This document shows, in pieces, positions 35,151-44,451 of a stretch of DNA of 52,014 bases. The DNA is from an uncultured Gammaproteobacteria bacterium. GTDB taxonomy: Bacteria; Patescibacteriota; Patescibacteriia; Magasanikbacterales; GWA2-37-8. A program made the position numbers and the translations under genes. The stretch's first letter is position 1. The number at the start of each line of letters is the position of its first letter. The notes below the pieces were generated by a model. That model saw nothing but the letters and a program-made list of their open reading frames with translations. It did not search any database and was not told the DNA's origin. The stretch is taken from assembly GCA_964403325.1 (NCBI GenBank), contig CAYOFO010000002.1, positions 1-52,014 of the forward strand. Reading direction: 5' to 3'.

Positions 35151-36452
35151 ATGAAATTTTTTGTTGCTTTGCGTCAAGAGTGGAGTCAGTCATTGCGTGT
35201 AGGTTGGTTCTTGGCGTTGCGCCAAGTTCGTCGGGTGGGGCGAGGCACCACCGCGCTCATTATTTTTATAATGGTGTTAACATTTTTAAATTTGGTTGTA
35301 GTATCGGGTTTGTTGGTGGGGCTCATCAGTGGTTCGTTCAAACAATTTAAAGAAAATTATTCGAGCGATATTATTGTTACGGCTGCACCCGGACGGAGTT
35401 ATGTAGAAAATTCTCCGACTCTCATCAGTTTTTTAACCACTGAGCCGCAGGTAAAAAAGTTTTCGGCGCGTTATGGAGCCGGCGTTACTGTCTTAGGCAC
35501 ACCCACTCGTCCGGTACCAAAAAATGAAAAACCCAACCAGGTCAGTGCGCGTTTGTCGGGTATTGACCCGCTGCAGGAGGAGCAACTGACTCGTTTTTCG
35601 CGGTTTGTAATTCAAGGTCAGCCGCTCGAAAACGAAGGAGATAGCAACTCTATCCTCATTGGAGCGAGTCTGATTAAAAAATATTCTTCTTTTGCTGATG
35701 CCAATCTGCCGGGCATTGATTTGCTCACAGATGTAGAAGTGGGTGATCGGGTGAAAGTCAGTTTGCCGCAAACCGATGGCACGAGTGTGGTCAAGGAATT
35801 TATTGTCAAAGGCATAGTCAAAAGTAAGGTTGATGAAATTTCGACGCGTATGTTTATTACCGACCAGGAATTAAAAAGACTGTTGCCGGTCAATAAAGAT
35901 CAGGTGCAAGAAGTGGCAATCGCTGTCCAGAGCGGTCGTGTTAATGAAGTTTTGGCAGCCATTAAGCAAGTCATGCTCGGGTCAGCGGCGCGTATTCAAA
36001 CTTCAGAAGAAGCGGTGCCTTCGTTTTTGCGTGATATAGAAGCAACCATGTCAATTTTGGGCAATGCTTTGTCATCGTTTGCTTTGGTGGTAGCGTCCAT
36101 TACGGTTTTTATTGTTATTTATATCAACGCCGTCACCAAGCGTAAGTTTATTGGTATTATGAAAGGTATTGGCATTAGTCCGCTCGCGATTCAAGCTTCG
36201 TATTTTTTTCAAGCATTTTTTTACGGCGTTTCCGGTTCGGCTATCGGCCTCGCCTTGACGTTTGGTTTTTTAAAACCCTATTTTGACCAAAATCCCATTA
36301 ATTTTCCTTTTTCGGATGGTATTTTAGATGTGACTGTATCGGGTGCATTTATCCGAGTGGCGATTCTCTTATTCATAACAATGGTAGCTGGGTATATTCC
36401 AGCTAAGCTGATTGTAAGAAAAAATACTTTGGATTCCATTCTTGGCCGTTAA
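35151..36452 (+). CDS. ABC transporter permease, FtsX/MacB-type
   Basis: N-terminal TM, large extracytoplasmic domain, then three C-terminal TMs with an FtsX-like motif (RKFIGIMKGIGIS). Start trimmed to ATG 35151. Confidence 0.8.
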   Translation: MKFFVALRQEWSQSLRVGWFLALRQVRRVGRGTTALIIFIMVLTFLNLVVVSGLLVGLISGSFKQFKENYSSDIIVTAAPGRSYVENSPTLISFLTTEPQVKKFSARYGAGVTVLGTPTRPVPKNEKPNQVSARLSGIDPLQEEQLTRFSRFVIQGQPLENEGDSNSILIGASLIKKYSSFADANLPGIDLLTDVEVGDRVKVSLPQTDGTSVVKEFIVKGIVKSKVDEISTRMFITDQELKRLLPVNKDQVQEVAIAVQSGRVNEVLAAIKQVMLGSAARIQTSEEAVPSFLRDIEATMSILGNALSSFALVVASITVFIVIYINAVTKRKFIGIMKGIGISPLAIQASYFFQAFFYGVSGSAIGLALTFGFLKPYFDQNPINFPFSDGILDVTVSGAFIRVAILLFITMVAGYIPAKLIVRKNTLDSILGR

Positions 36453-36457
36453 CCTTT

Positions 36458-37135
36458 ATGATTTCTGGAAAAAATATAGTAAAAACGTATGGAAAAGGTG
36501 ATTTGTCACTGACTGTTCTTAAAAATATCAGCGTCGATATTGACGATGGTGATTTTGTGGCGATTATCGGCTCCTCCGGAGCCGGAAAATCAACCCTGCT
36601 GTATCAACTTTCTTTGCTCGACGAACCTACGTCTGGTGAGGTTATTATTGACGGCATTGCTACCAGCGGTTTGTCGCAGCGAGAAAAAACAGCACTGCGT
36701 CTTGCCAAACTTGGGTATGTCTTTCAAGATTACGCCCTCCTTCCCGAGTTGACTGCTGTGGAAAATGCGATGCTACCCATGCTCATGCAAGGTAATAGTA
36801 TAAAAGCGGCCACTGCTAAAGCCAGCGCTGCGCTGCGGCGGGTTGGTTTGGAGGAAAAAATGTACAATTTACCCAGTCAGCTCTCGGGTGGGCAACAGCA
36901 GCGTGTGTCTATAGCTCGAGCCATTGCGCATCATCCGCATATTTTGTTTGCCGATGAGCCGACAGCCAATTTGGATTTGGCGAGTGCTACGCTGGTAATG
37001 CAAGCATTTTTAGATCTCAATCATGAGGGGCAAACTATTATTATGATTACTCACGAAGATGAGTATGCTAAACAAGCCAAGCGCGTCATCGCGCTTAAAG
37101 ATGGACGGGTTGTCTCGGATACAAGATTGAGATAG
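36458..37135 (+). CDS. ABC transporter ATP-binding protein (MacB/LolD-like)
   Basis: GSSGAGKST, LSGGQQQRVSIARA, LFADEPT. Confidence 0.9.
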   Translation: MISGKNIVKTYGKGDLSLTVLKNISVDIDDGDFVAIIGSSGAGKSTLLYQLSLLDEPTSGEVIIDGIATSGLSQREKTALRLAKLGYVFQDYALLPELTAVENAMLPMLMQGNSIKAATAKASAALRRVGLEEKMYNLPSQLSGGQQQRVSIARAIAHHPHILFADEPTANLDLASATLVMQAFLDLNHEGQTIIMITHEDEYAKQAKRVIALKDGRVVSDTRLR

Positions 37136-37162
37136 AGATTTTTGTTCTATATCAAGACTGTT

Positions 37163-37741
37163 ATGAGCAAAGACCGGCCATATGTAGTTTTGGTACACGG
37201 ATTTTTGCGAACCAAAAAATCTTGGAAAAAAATGGCACATTTTTTGCGTACACAAGATTATGAAGTGGTGGATTTTACCTATCCGGCAAAATACCTTGGT
37301 GTTAGGCAAATCGTAGAAAAATATTTGCTACCTTGTGTAGCTACTCTTGATCCAGAGCGAACAGTACATTTTGTTACCCATTCTTTAGGGGGAATCTTGG
37401 TACGCTATTTTTTAGTGTGTCAGGCAGTTCTCAATATTGGTCGAGTGGTAGCGCTTGCCCCACCGTATCAGGGGAGTAAGCTCGCTTCTTTTTTGGCTAA
37501 AAATACTTTTTTAGCCCGCAACTTTCCGTGCCTTAAAGATTTGAGTCCGGGGAGTTTTGTCCTCACTCATTTAGGAGTGGCCAAGCCCTATTTTGCCACG
37601 ATTGCCGGCACCAAAGATAAAAAGGTAACACCAGCTCAAGCGTGGTATAGCGAGCAAGAAGCGTTTATAACCGTGTCGCGCACCCACAGTTTTATTATGA
37701 ACGCACCGGAAGTGCATAAGTTAACAGGGAGTTTTTTATAA
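37163..37741 (+). CDS. alpha/beta-hydrolase (lipase/esterase-like)
   Basis: VLVHGF near the N-terminus and the nucleophile elbow THSLGG. Start trimmed to ATG 37163. Confidence 0.7.
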   Translation: MSKDRPYVVLVHGFLRTKKSWKKMAHFLRTQDYEVVDFTYPAKYLGVRQIVEKYLLPCVATLDPERTVHFVTHSLGGILVRYFLVCQAVLNIGRVVALAPPYQGSKLASFLAKNTFLARNFPCLKDLSPGSFVLTHLGVAKPYFATIAGTKDKKVTPAQAWYSEQEAFITVSRTHSFIMNAPEVHKLTGSFL

Positions 37742-37943
37742 ATTGGGAATTTTTTCCCCAAGACAACAGGTATAGGTGTTTTAAAGTAGTCAATTTCGGA
37801 TTTCGATGTGAACAAAAAATGCTGGAAAATCGCATATTTCCATGTTGCAGAGGAATTATTTTGATAAATCCAAGATCTTCAATTATAATAAACCAACTCA
37901 CCGTAAGCAAGCGGTCGGTTTCAATCATCAACAGTATTTTTTT

Positions 37944-38483
37944 ATGAAAGAAGTTGAAGTTAAAGCTCAGGTAAAAAATTTGTCAGCCATTAAGGAGGCG
38001 TGTCAAAAATTGGGTGCGCGCTGGTCGTTGTCGTGTCTGCAACAGGATGTTCTTTTTTTGCACTCAGAGTTAGAGTTTAAAGATATTCAAAAAGACACTC
38101 CAGTCCTGCGTATTCGTACTCAAGGGGAACGGGTATACCTGACGTTAAAAAAGCGCTCAGGCACGGCTTTGGTTAAGATTGAGGAGGAAATGGTAGTAAG
38201 TGACGCTATGACGGCGGAGCGCATACTAACTCATATGGGGTATCATGAAGTTTTGCGTCTCAGTAAAAAACGTGAAGAAGGTGTTTTAGGAGACATAACC
38301 ATTTGTCTTGATGAGGTGGAAGGGTTGGGTGCGTTTATTGAAGTTGAAAAATTGATAGCCGAAGATGCGGACAGCGTTGCTCCTCAGCAAGAATTATGGA
38401 ATTTTTTGCAGAGCTTAGGTCTGAGTGAAGCCGATCGGGTGTTTCAGGGGTATGATACGTTGGTATACCAAAAATCACAGTAG
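37944..38483 (+). CDS. CYTH-domain protein (class IV adenylate cyclase / triphosphatase-like)
   Basis: N-terminal EVEVK (ExExK), LRIR, LTLK and LDEVEGLGAFIEVE motifs. Start trimmed to ATG 37944. Confidence 0.8.
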   Translation: MKEVEVKAQVKNLSAIKEACQKLGARWSLSCLQQDVLFLHSELEFKDIQKDTPVLRIRTQGERVYLTLKKRSGTALVKIEEEMVVSDAMTAERILTHMGYHEVLRLSKKREEGVLGDITICLDEVEGLGAFIEVEKLIAEDADSVAPQQELWNFLQSLGLSEADRVFQGYDTLVYQKSQ

Positions 38484-38560
38484 ATGCTGTCTTTGTTCGG
38501 GTATTAGTTGGGAAAAGAATAGGATGCAATCCTTTAGATTGAAGTAACCATTTTTCATGT

Positions 38561-39298
38561 ATGTATACATTTGGCGACAAAGATTTTGTGTTGGATGAAT
38601 CAGGCGTAGGCCAGCAGAAAAAGTATATCCTGAAGATTAAGGATATGCCGGAGTCGGATAAACCGCGAGAAAAACTTCGTAAATTTGGGCCGCAAGATCT
38701 GTTGGTGGCCGAGCTTATTGCCATAGTGCTTAGTACCGGTACCAAAAAAGAAGACCTAATGACCATGGCCGCGCGAGTAGTTAAAGATTATGGGGAACGC
38801 TCTTTGGTAAATCAAACCAATGCCGAAAAAATGGCTCAAGATCTAGAAATTCCTCTTAACAAAGCCATGCAAATCGTGGCCTGTGCCGAACTGGGGCGTC
38901 GTTTTTTTCAGAAAAAGAACGGCTCGCTATCGGTTATTCATACCGCTAAAGACGTTTTTGCCTATTTGCACGATATGCAAAATCTGCCCAAAGAACATCT
39001 GCGAGGCATTTATCTCAATACCCATCATCGCATTATTCATGACGAAGTAATTTCCATTGGTACGATAAATACCAACCTGATTCATCCGCGTGAAGTATTC
39101 AAGCCAGCCATTGAGTATGGCGCCGCTGGCATTATTCTGGCGCACAACCATCCTTCCGGTGTGGTTAAAGCCAGTACTCCAGATATCGAGATAACCAACC
39201 AGCTCATTGCCGCCGGTAATCTCATAGGTATTCCTCTGCTCGACCATATTATTATCGGTAAAAATAAATTTACGAGTATTGAAGCAAATTATAATTAA
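38561..39298 (+). CDS. radC: RadC-family JAB/MPN domain protein
   Basis: N-terminal HhH-like region (PREKL...ELIAIVLSTG) and the JAMM motif HNHPSG. Confidence 0.88.
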   Translation: MYTFGDKDFVLDESGVGQQKKYILKIKDMPESDKPREKLRKFGPQDLLVAELIAIVLSTGTKKEDLMTMAARVVKDYGERSLVNQTNAEKMAQDLEIPLNKAMQIVACAELGRRFFQKKNGSLSVIHTAKDVFAYLHDMQNLPKEHLRGIYLNTHHRIIHDEVISIGTINTNLIHPREVFKPAIEYGAAGIILAHNHPSGVVKASTPDIEITNQLIAAGNLIGIPLLDHIIIGKNKFTSIEANYN

Positions 39299-39303
39299 TT
39301 TCT

Positions 39304-39585
39304 ATGTTTCGATCGTACACTCTTGTTCAACAACCGTTTATCTTTACACATAGTACGTTGCCGGTACCGTATTATACGGTGCGGGATCAAAAAACCGGGG
39401 TAAATGTACCAGTTATTGATAGTCAAAAGTTAATTCTAGAAAAGTATTTTAATGATTTGTTTCAGGTGTTTTTGGTTCAGTTTTCAGCCTTGCCCATTAA
39501 AAATGCGCTAACCAAAAAAGAAAAAGATAATCTTTTTTCTCTGCTTGAGGAGATTGTTAATGTAAAAAATTTACTTGAAAAGTAA
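39304..39585 (+). CDS. hypothetical protein (93 aa)
   Basis: ORF 5 nt after radC, followed by a strong terminator. Confidence 0.45.
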   Translation: MFRSYTLVQQPFIFTHSTLPVPYYTVRDQKTGVNVPVIDSQKLILEKYFNDLFQVFLVQFSALPIKNALTKKEKDNLFSLLEEIVNVKNLLEK

Positions 39586-39593
39586 ATTAAAAA

Positions 39594-39617
39594 GGCGTAT
39601 AGTAAATACGCCTTTTT
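39594..39617. terminator. rho-independent terminator
   Basis: GGCGTAT-agtaa-ATACGCC followed by TTTTT, with an A-run upstream. Confidence 0.75.
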
Positions 39618-39632
39618 AATTTGATTTTTTAT

Positions 39633-40730
39633 ATGGAAAAGAAAAAAATTGCGCTTTTAGCTGGAGTGGGTGGAGCTGTCGTGATAGGGGCAGGGGTAGG
39701 TTTGGCCCTCTATTGGCGCAGTGCCTTAGTTTTATCGCCCGAAAAAGTGTTGTCGCAAATGGTAAAAAATATTGGCACGATTACTTCATATGAGGATGCT
39801 GTGCATATAACAGCCAACGTCCCAGGTGGCGAAGTCCCGTTTTCCGAGGATTTAGGTACGCCTGACACTAAAACTGCCTCGACCACCGTAAGTTCAACCC
39901 CGGTTCAGACAACTCATTTTTCCGTAGTGTTGAATGGAAAAAACGATATTGGAAATAAGCAGGAAATCAAAAGCCAAACCACCTTGCAAATGCGGGTGAC
40001 ACCACCATCCATGTCAGAAGTGGTAGTGGGAGCGGAATTGCGCATTGTAAATAAAATAGTTTATGCCCAGCTGACAGACGCTCCGGTTATCGGATTTTTT
40101 AGTCTGAAACCGTTTGAAAAACAGTGGGTAAAAATAGACCCAGAAGCAGTAGCGAAGCAGTTGGGTGACCCGGCTCTTGAAACAAAAGTTTTGGCATTGC
40201 AAAAACGGCCGGAAATTTCTCGGGAACAAAAAGAACAGCTCGAACAAGCTTTGTGGCAGGGAAAGGTAGCGGCCATTACCGCCCAGATGCCAGCGGATAA
40301 AATAAACGGGCTGAATACATACCATTATGGCTTTACAGTTTTTGCGGATAAAATACCGGCCTTTATGAAACAAGCAGTTGCCATTGTGCCGGAGTTGCAA
40401 GATCCACGGGTGGATCCGCAAATGTTAGAAGAGCAATTTGGGGTATGGCAAAATATACAGGGTGAAATTTGGATAGGAAAAAAAGATTTTTTACCGTATA
40501 AAGTGCTCCTCCACCTGAGTAGTAAACCAACAGCGAAAGAGCCCCAAATAATGAAAGCTACTATTGAAGTAAATTTGAATAAATTTAACGCACCGGTGCA
40601 AGTGGAGGTACCAAATAAAGTCCAAAAAATTGAAGATATGATCCAAAATATTTTGGGCGGCGCCATGTTTGGCACTCAGCCAGATGGCAGTATGAGTATG
40701 CCGGAAGATATGCTCCAAGCCGATAAATAA
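39633..40730 (+). CDS. hypothetical membrane-anchored protein (365 aa)
   Basis: N-terminal TM (IALLAGVGGAVVIGAGVGLALYW) followed by a soluble domain. No recognised family. Confidence 0.55.
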   Translation: MEKKKIALLAGVGGAVVIGAGVGLALYWRSALVLSPEKVLSQMVKNIGTITSYEDAVHITANVPGGEVPFSEDLGTPDTKTASTTVSSTPVQTTHFSVVLNGKNDIGNKQEIKSQTTLQMRVTPPSMSEVVVGAELRIVNKIVYAQLTDAPVIGFFSLKPFEKQWVKIDPEAVAKQLGDPALETKVLALQKRPEISREQKEQLEQALWQGKVAAITAQMPADKINGLNTYHYGFTVFADKIPAFMKQAVAIVPELQDPRVDPQMLEEQFGVWQNIQGEIWIGKKDFLPYKVLLHLSSKPTAKEPQIMKATIEVNLNKFNAPVQVEVPNKVQKIEDMIQNILGGAMFGTQPDGSMSMPEDMLQADK

Positions 40731-40738
40731 AAATCGGT

Positions 40739-41005
40739 GTGAAAAAACCATCGGGCCTAACAGTAATACCGGGCGTAGGAAAAAGCATTGCTCAAGACTT
40801 AGAACTGCTTGGTATAAAACAAGTGAGTGATCTCAAAGGTCGAGATCCGGAGCGTTTGTATACTGATTTTTGCCAAAAAGTAGGGCAAAAAGTTGATCGT
40901 TGTTTGTTGTACACTTTTCGTTGCGCGGTGTATTTTGCCTCGCATCACGAACATGATCCCGAACTCCTGAAGTGGTGGAATTGGAAAGACAAAGAGAAGG
41001 TTTAA
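40739..41005 (+). CDS. helix-hairpin-helix (Cdd1-like) small protein
   Basis: LTVIPGVGKSIAQDLELLGI is an HhH motif. GTG start. Confidence 0.55.
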   Translation: MKKPSGLTVIPGVGKSIAQDLELLGIKQVSDLKGRDPERLYTDFCQKVGQKVDRCLLYTFRCAVYFASHHEHDPELLKWWNWKDKEKV

Positions 41006-41015
41006 AAAAGCCAAC

Positions 41016-41771
41016 TTATGGAGCAATTTTTTTAGCTTCCAAATACAGGAATAAGGGAAATTCTTGCCGAGCTTTATTTTCAGCGTTGGCGCGTGGTCCG
41101 GCCGCAGTGTGCTTATGGCTTGTCCATTCTTCCATACGGCTAATGAGTAAGTGCTGTTTAGTGAGGAGTTTGATATAGTATTGGAGTGGGCGATGAAAGC
41201 TCACTGTAGACGAAGTTTGTTTTTGACCGGGGTGCATGTCGATAAACGTTTTAGATTCGCTCATGTATTCATCCAGGCGGCGAAATTGTTTTTGCTCGAC
41301 TTGATCCCATACCCACGAGCTTTGTTTGGGGATGCGAAAACAAGGGTGGTTGAGAACCAGGGAAATAGAGCCATTGTTTTTGAGTACGCGAGAACATTCT
41401 TGAAAAGTACGTGGAACATTTTCGATATTTTGGATGGCGAGAACACAAACAATATGATCGATAGAATGAGTGGGAATTTTTTCTAAGTTATCTGCCGAAC
41501 CAACATAGAAAGTAGCGTTAGGTACTTGTTTGGTCGCGAGCGCTATCAGTTCTGGTGAAATATCAATGCCGATGAGCTTGGCTTGGTTGCGTCCTAGGGC
41601 TTTGGTAAAAAAGCCTTGACCGCAGCCTAGATCCAGGATAGTCTGATGAGAGAGGGTGGGAATGAGACGTAGGATTTGCGGCAAGATAAGATCATGCTGG
41701 TAGGTGCCGGTTTGAGAAAGTAGGTCGTTATACCAGGGAGCAACTGCCCCCCAAGAAGTGGTTTTTTTCAT
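41016..41771 (-). CDS. class I SAM-dependent methyltransferase
   Basis: Motif I ILDLGCGQGFF and motif post-I LIGIDIS. 251 aa. Confidence 0.85.
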   Translation of the reverse strand: MKKTTSWGAVAPWYNDLLSQTGTYQHDLILPQILRLIPTLSHQTILDLGCGQGFFTKALGRNQAKLIGIDISPELIALATKQVPNATFYVGSADNLEKIPTHSIDHIVCVLAIQNIENVPRTFQECSRVLKNNGSISLVLNHPCFRIPKQSSWVWDQVEQKQFRRLDEYMSESKTFIDMHPGQKQTSSTVSFHRPLQYYIKLLTKQHLLISRMEEWTSHKHTAAGPRANAENKARQEFPLFLYLEAKKIAP

Positions 41772-41815
41772 ATGCAGCTAAGCATACACAACCTTTATTT
41801 GTTTGGCAATACAAT

Positions 41816-42289
41816 ATGATGCTCAAAAAAATCGCACAATCGCTTATAGTCATCGGGTTTTTACTGTTCCTCGTCGGCGGATACAACCTTTTTGTTTTGT
41901 CGGCTATTACCGGCTGGCTCAGCTTTCCCAAATGGCTTTGGTTCGAAATAGGGCTCGATATGCTGTTCGTCGGTGGTTTTTTATACATTCGTAGTCAGCA
42001 GGAAGAGCGATTGCGTCAACTCCTCACCACTGGTTTGCCACTTGTTGGCACGTATATGCAAACTGTTGAAGTAGCCGCCCCGAGAAATAGTATAAACAAC
42101 GCGTATAGTATTGAAGTTGAAGCTGCTCTGCCTGACTCCGGAGAGAAAAAGTTGTTTAAGAGTCGAACGATTTTTCAACCTCGGGCGCCACAACTCACGG
42201 CCGGGCAAGAAATAATGGTTTATATAAATCCACAGAATCCAGCCGAATATTATATAGATACCGCGGCTTTTAAAGAATTGAAATCTTAA
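41816..42289 (+). CDS. DUF3592-like membrane protein
   Basis: Two N-terminal TMs followed by a small beta-rich domain ending ...VYINPQNPAEYYID. Confidence 0.55.
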   Translation: MMLKKIAQSLIVIGFLLFLVGGYNLFVLSAITGWLSFPKWLWFEIGLDMLFVGGFLYIRSQQEERLRQLLTTGLPLVGTYMQTVEVAAPRNSINNAYSIEVEAALPDSGEKKLFKSRTIFQPRAPQLTAGQEIMVYINPQNPAEYYIDTAAFKELKS

Positions 42290-42301
42290 CAAATTCAACG
42301 C

Positions 42302-42772
42302 ATGCTTGCTTTTTTTTGTACCACCCGATCTTTTTTAGCGGCCGGCATTTTACTGGTGCTTTCAGGAGTGGTTAGTCAGATACCAGGTCTGAACTTTTTA
42401 TCGGTGCCATTCTTTATTTTGGCGGGGAGCAGTGCCACACTCACTTGGTGGTTGCGTAATATGCAAGATTTTTTTAGAGATCAAGCTGAGCTCATAACCA
42501 CCGGCTACCGGGTAGAGGCGCGGGTGGTGAGGGTACGAAAAATAGTAAATGCCGAGCATGGTATGCCAGGTCATAATCAGTATAAAATTATTGCCCAAGG
42601 TGTAGATAGTTTTGGTAAAATGTCGACGTTTGAGAGTGTGGTCTGTCCCAAAAATGAGGAAGTCGGTTTTAGTGTGGGGGATGAAGTAGATGTATATATT
42701 GATACAAAGCATCCGGCGCGCTATCATATGGATACATTCAGTAAAAATGCGGATGTTTCGTTAAAGGGTTAA
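42302..42772 (+). CDS. DUF3592-like membrane protein (paralogue)
   Basis: Same architecture as the preceding gene, ending ...VYIDTKHPARYHMD. Confidence 0.55.
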   Translation: MLAFFCTTRSFLAAGILLVLSGVVSQIPGLNFLSVPFFILAGSSATLTWWLRNMQDFFRDQAELITTGYRVEARVVRVRKIVNAEHGMPGHNQYKIIAQGVDSFGKMSTFESVVCPKNEEVGFSVGDEVDVYIDTKHPARYHMDTFSKNADVSLKG

Positions 42773-42783
42773 TTGTTCATTGT

Positions 42784-43179
42784 ATGTTGTCAACCAAAAG
42801 AGAAAAAGGGGAAATGGGGGAGAATCAAAATGGAGTAGAAAGTCGGGACATATCACAAGCATTGAGTAGACTTGATTTATCAGTCAGTGCTACCTTGCGC
42901 CATGATAAATCATTGGAGTCAGGAAAAGATGTTGAGTTAGACTATTTTCATTTTGCATCTGAGGCGGATTTACAGAGTTTTATAGCAGGATTGAAAAGAG
43001 AAATAGAGAATTTTAACTCGGCTAAAACTTCGCTTAATAATAATGAAAAAAACTATTTTAAAACAGGGGCATGGCGGATACGAGACAGAGACGCGACAGG
43101 AAAATTATTTATTCGGCAAATAAAATTTCGTTTCGGAATAAATAAGCAAGAACAAGCAGAACTTATTATTTACACATAA
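42784..43179 (+). CDS. hypothetical protein (131 aa)
   Basis: Clean ORF with no recognised motif. Start uncertain. Confidence 0.4.
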   Translation: MLSTKREKGEMGENQNGVESRDISQALSRLDLSVSATLRHDKSLESGKDVELDYFHFASEADLQSFIAGLKREIENFNSAKTSLNNNEKNYFKTGAWRIRDRDATGKLFIRQIKFRFGINKQEQAELIIYT

Positions 43180-43189
43180 TTTTTTACCT

Positions 43190-43666
43190 ATGAATAATTA
43201 TCAAGCTATTTTACACACGGATAAAGGAGAAATTGAAATTCGTTTACAAGGCGAACAAACTCCAAAAACGGTCCAAAATTTTGTGGACCTAGCGCGGAAA
43301 CATTTTTATGACAACACGGTTTTTCATCGCGTGATTAAAGATTTTATGATCCAGGGCGGTTGCCCGCAAGGTAATGGCACTGGGGGTCCAGGCTATCGCT
43401 TTGACGATGAGCCGTTTACGGGTGAATATGTGCGTGGTGCGGTGGCCATGGCTAACGCCGGGCCCAATACCAATGGCAGTCAATTTTTTATCATGCATGC
43501 GCAGGTGCCACTGCCCAAAAATTATGTTATTTTCGGGCAAGTAACCCAGGGTCTTGAAGTAGTCGATGCGATTGCCGAGAGTCCGGTTACGGGCAGTGGT
43601 TTTGGTGAAAAATCCAAACCGGTACAGCCGGTGGTAGTTAAGAGTGTAGAAATAAAAGAAGTTTAA
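43190..43666 (+). CDS. ppiB: peptidyl-prolyl cis-trans isomerase, cyclophilin type
   Basis: FHRVIKDFMIQGG, GGPGY.F.DE, MANAGPNTNGSQFFI. Confidence 0.93.
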   Translation: MNNYQAILHTDKGEIEIRLQGEQTPKTVQNFVDLARKHFYDNTVFHRVIKDFMIQGGCPQGNGTGGPGYRFDDEPFTGEYVRGAVAMANAGPNTNGSQFFIMHAQVPLPKNYVIFGQVTQGLEVVDAIAESPVTGSGFGEKSKPVQPVVVKSVEIKEV

Positions 43667-43671
43667 AGTGT

Positions 43672-44106
43672 ATGGCCGGAGGTATAGAAAATATTGCGCG
43701 TGCAGTCATTTGCCATAATGGTAAAATTTTACTCTGCCAGGCGAAAGGTAAAAGTCATTATTTTTTGCCGGGTGGGCATGTAGAAATGGGAGAAACCATA
43801 CATCAGGCTTTGCGACGTGAAATAGAGGAGGAGTTGGGAGAGCAAGTTCGTATACAACAATTTATGGGTGTGGTTGAAAATTTTTATGGGTCGAAAGTTG
43901 CGCCGCGCCATGAGATCAATTATCTCTTTGCGACTGAGCTTGAAAATATGGTGGTGGCGAGTCGCGAGAAACATTTGCATTTTGTGTGGGTCAAAGTGGA
44001 GCGATTACATGAAACACCGCTTTTACCGTTTCCTGTAAAAGAATTGCTTCTGGATTGGTGGAACAACCAAAAAATTTTTTGGTCAGCTGTAAATGACAGT
44101 GTGTAA
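43672..44106 (+). CDS. NUDIX hydrolase
   Basis: Nudix box GGHVEMGETIHQALRREIEEELG. Confidence 0.85.
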   Translation: MAGGIENIARAVICHNGKILLCQAKGKSHYFLPGGHVEMGETIHQALRREIEEELGEQVRIQQFMGVVENFYGSKVAPRHEINYLFATELENMVVASREKHLHFVWVKVERLHETPLLPFPVKELLLDWWNNQKIFWSAVNDSV

Positions 44107-44123
44107 AAGTATGTTGAAGTTAT

Positions 44124-44444
44124 ATGCCAAATCGATTAATAGAACCAGCCGAAATTTTTAGCCGTCACGAACCTTTGGTATCCGAGAGCGAAGAATACCG
44201 GGAATGGGACAAAGACCGGGGTGAAACGCGAACAGCTTGTGATGGCGAGGCTGCCGGGAAAGAAATGGGTGCACGCAGAAGTAGCACAGAGCGAGTTGAA
44301 ATAGAAGCTGTGAGTGAGGAAGATTGGCAGCACGAACATGCGCGCTCGGCAGCGGATGATAGACGGTTGCGCTCGATAGGACGTTTTTATATGCATGATT
44401 CTCCGGAAAAAGAAGGTGATTGCAGTGGAGAAAATAATAGTTAA
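44124..44444 (+). other. ambiguous: 106-aa charged ORF or structured RNA/leader
   Basis: The region is GC-richer than its flanks and stop codons are depleted in three overlapping frames (+44124-44444, -44136-44396, -44158-44457). The predicted peptide is low-complexity and highly charged (E/R/D/S-rich). Several mutually exclusive 8-9 bp helices are possible. Confidence 0.25.
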
Positions 44445-44451
44445 ACGTGGT

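Noticed and set aside
44170-44225. Partial resemblance of GGUAUCCGAGAG...GGGACAAAGACCGGGG to conserved segments of the ykkC (guanidine-I) riboswitch.
   Set aside because: The P3-type hairpin cannot form, because both arms read CCGGG. The 5' CUAGGGUUCCG segment is absent and the downstream gene is not a typical regulon member. I treat the resemblance as coincidental pending cmscan.
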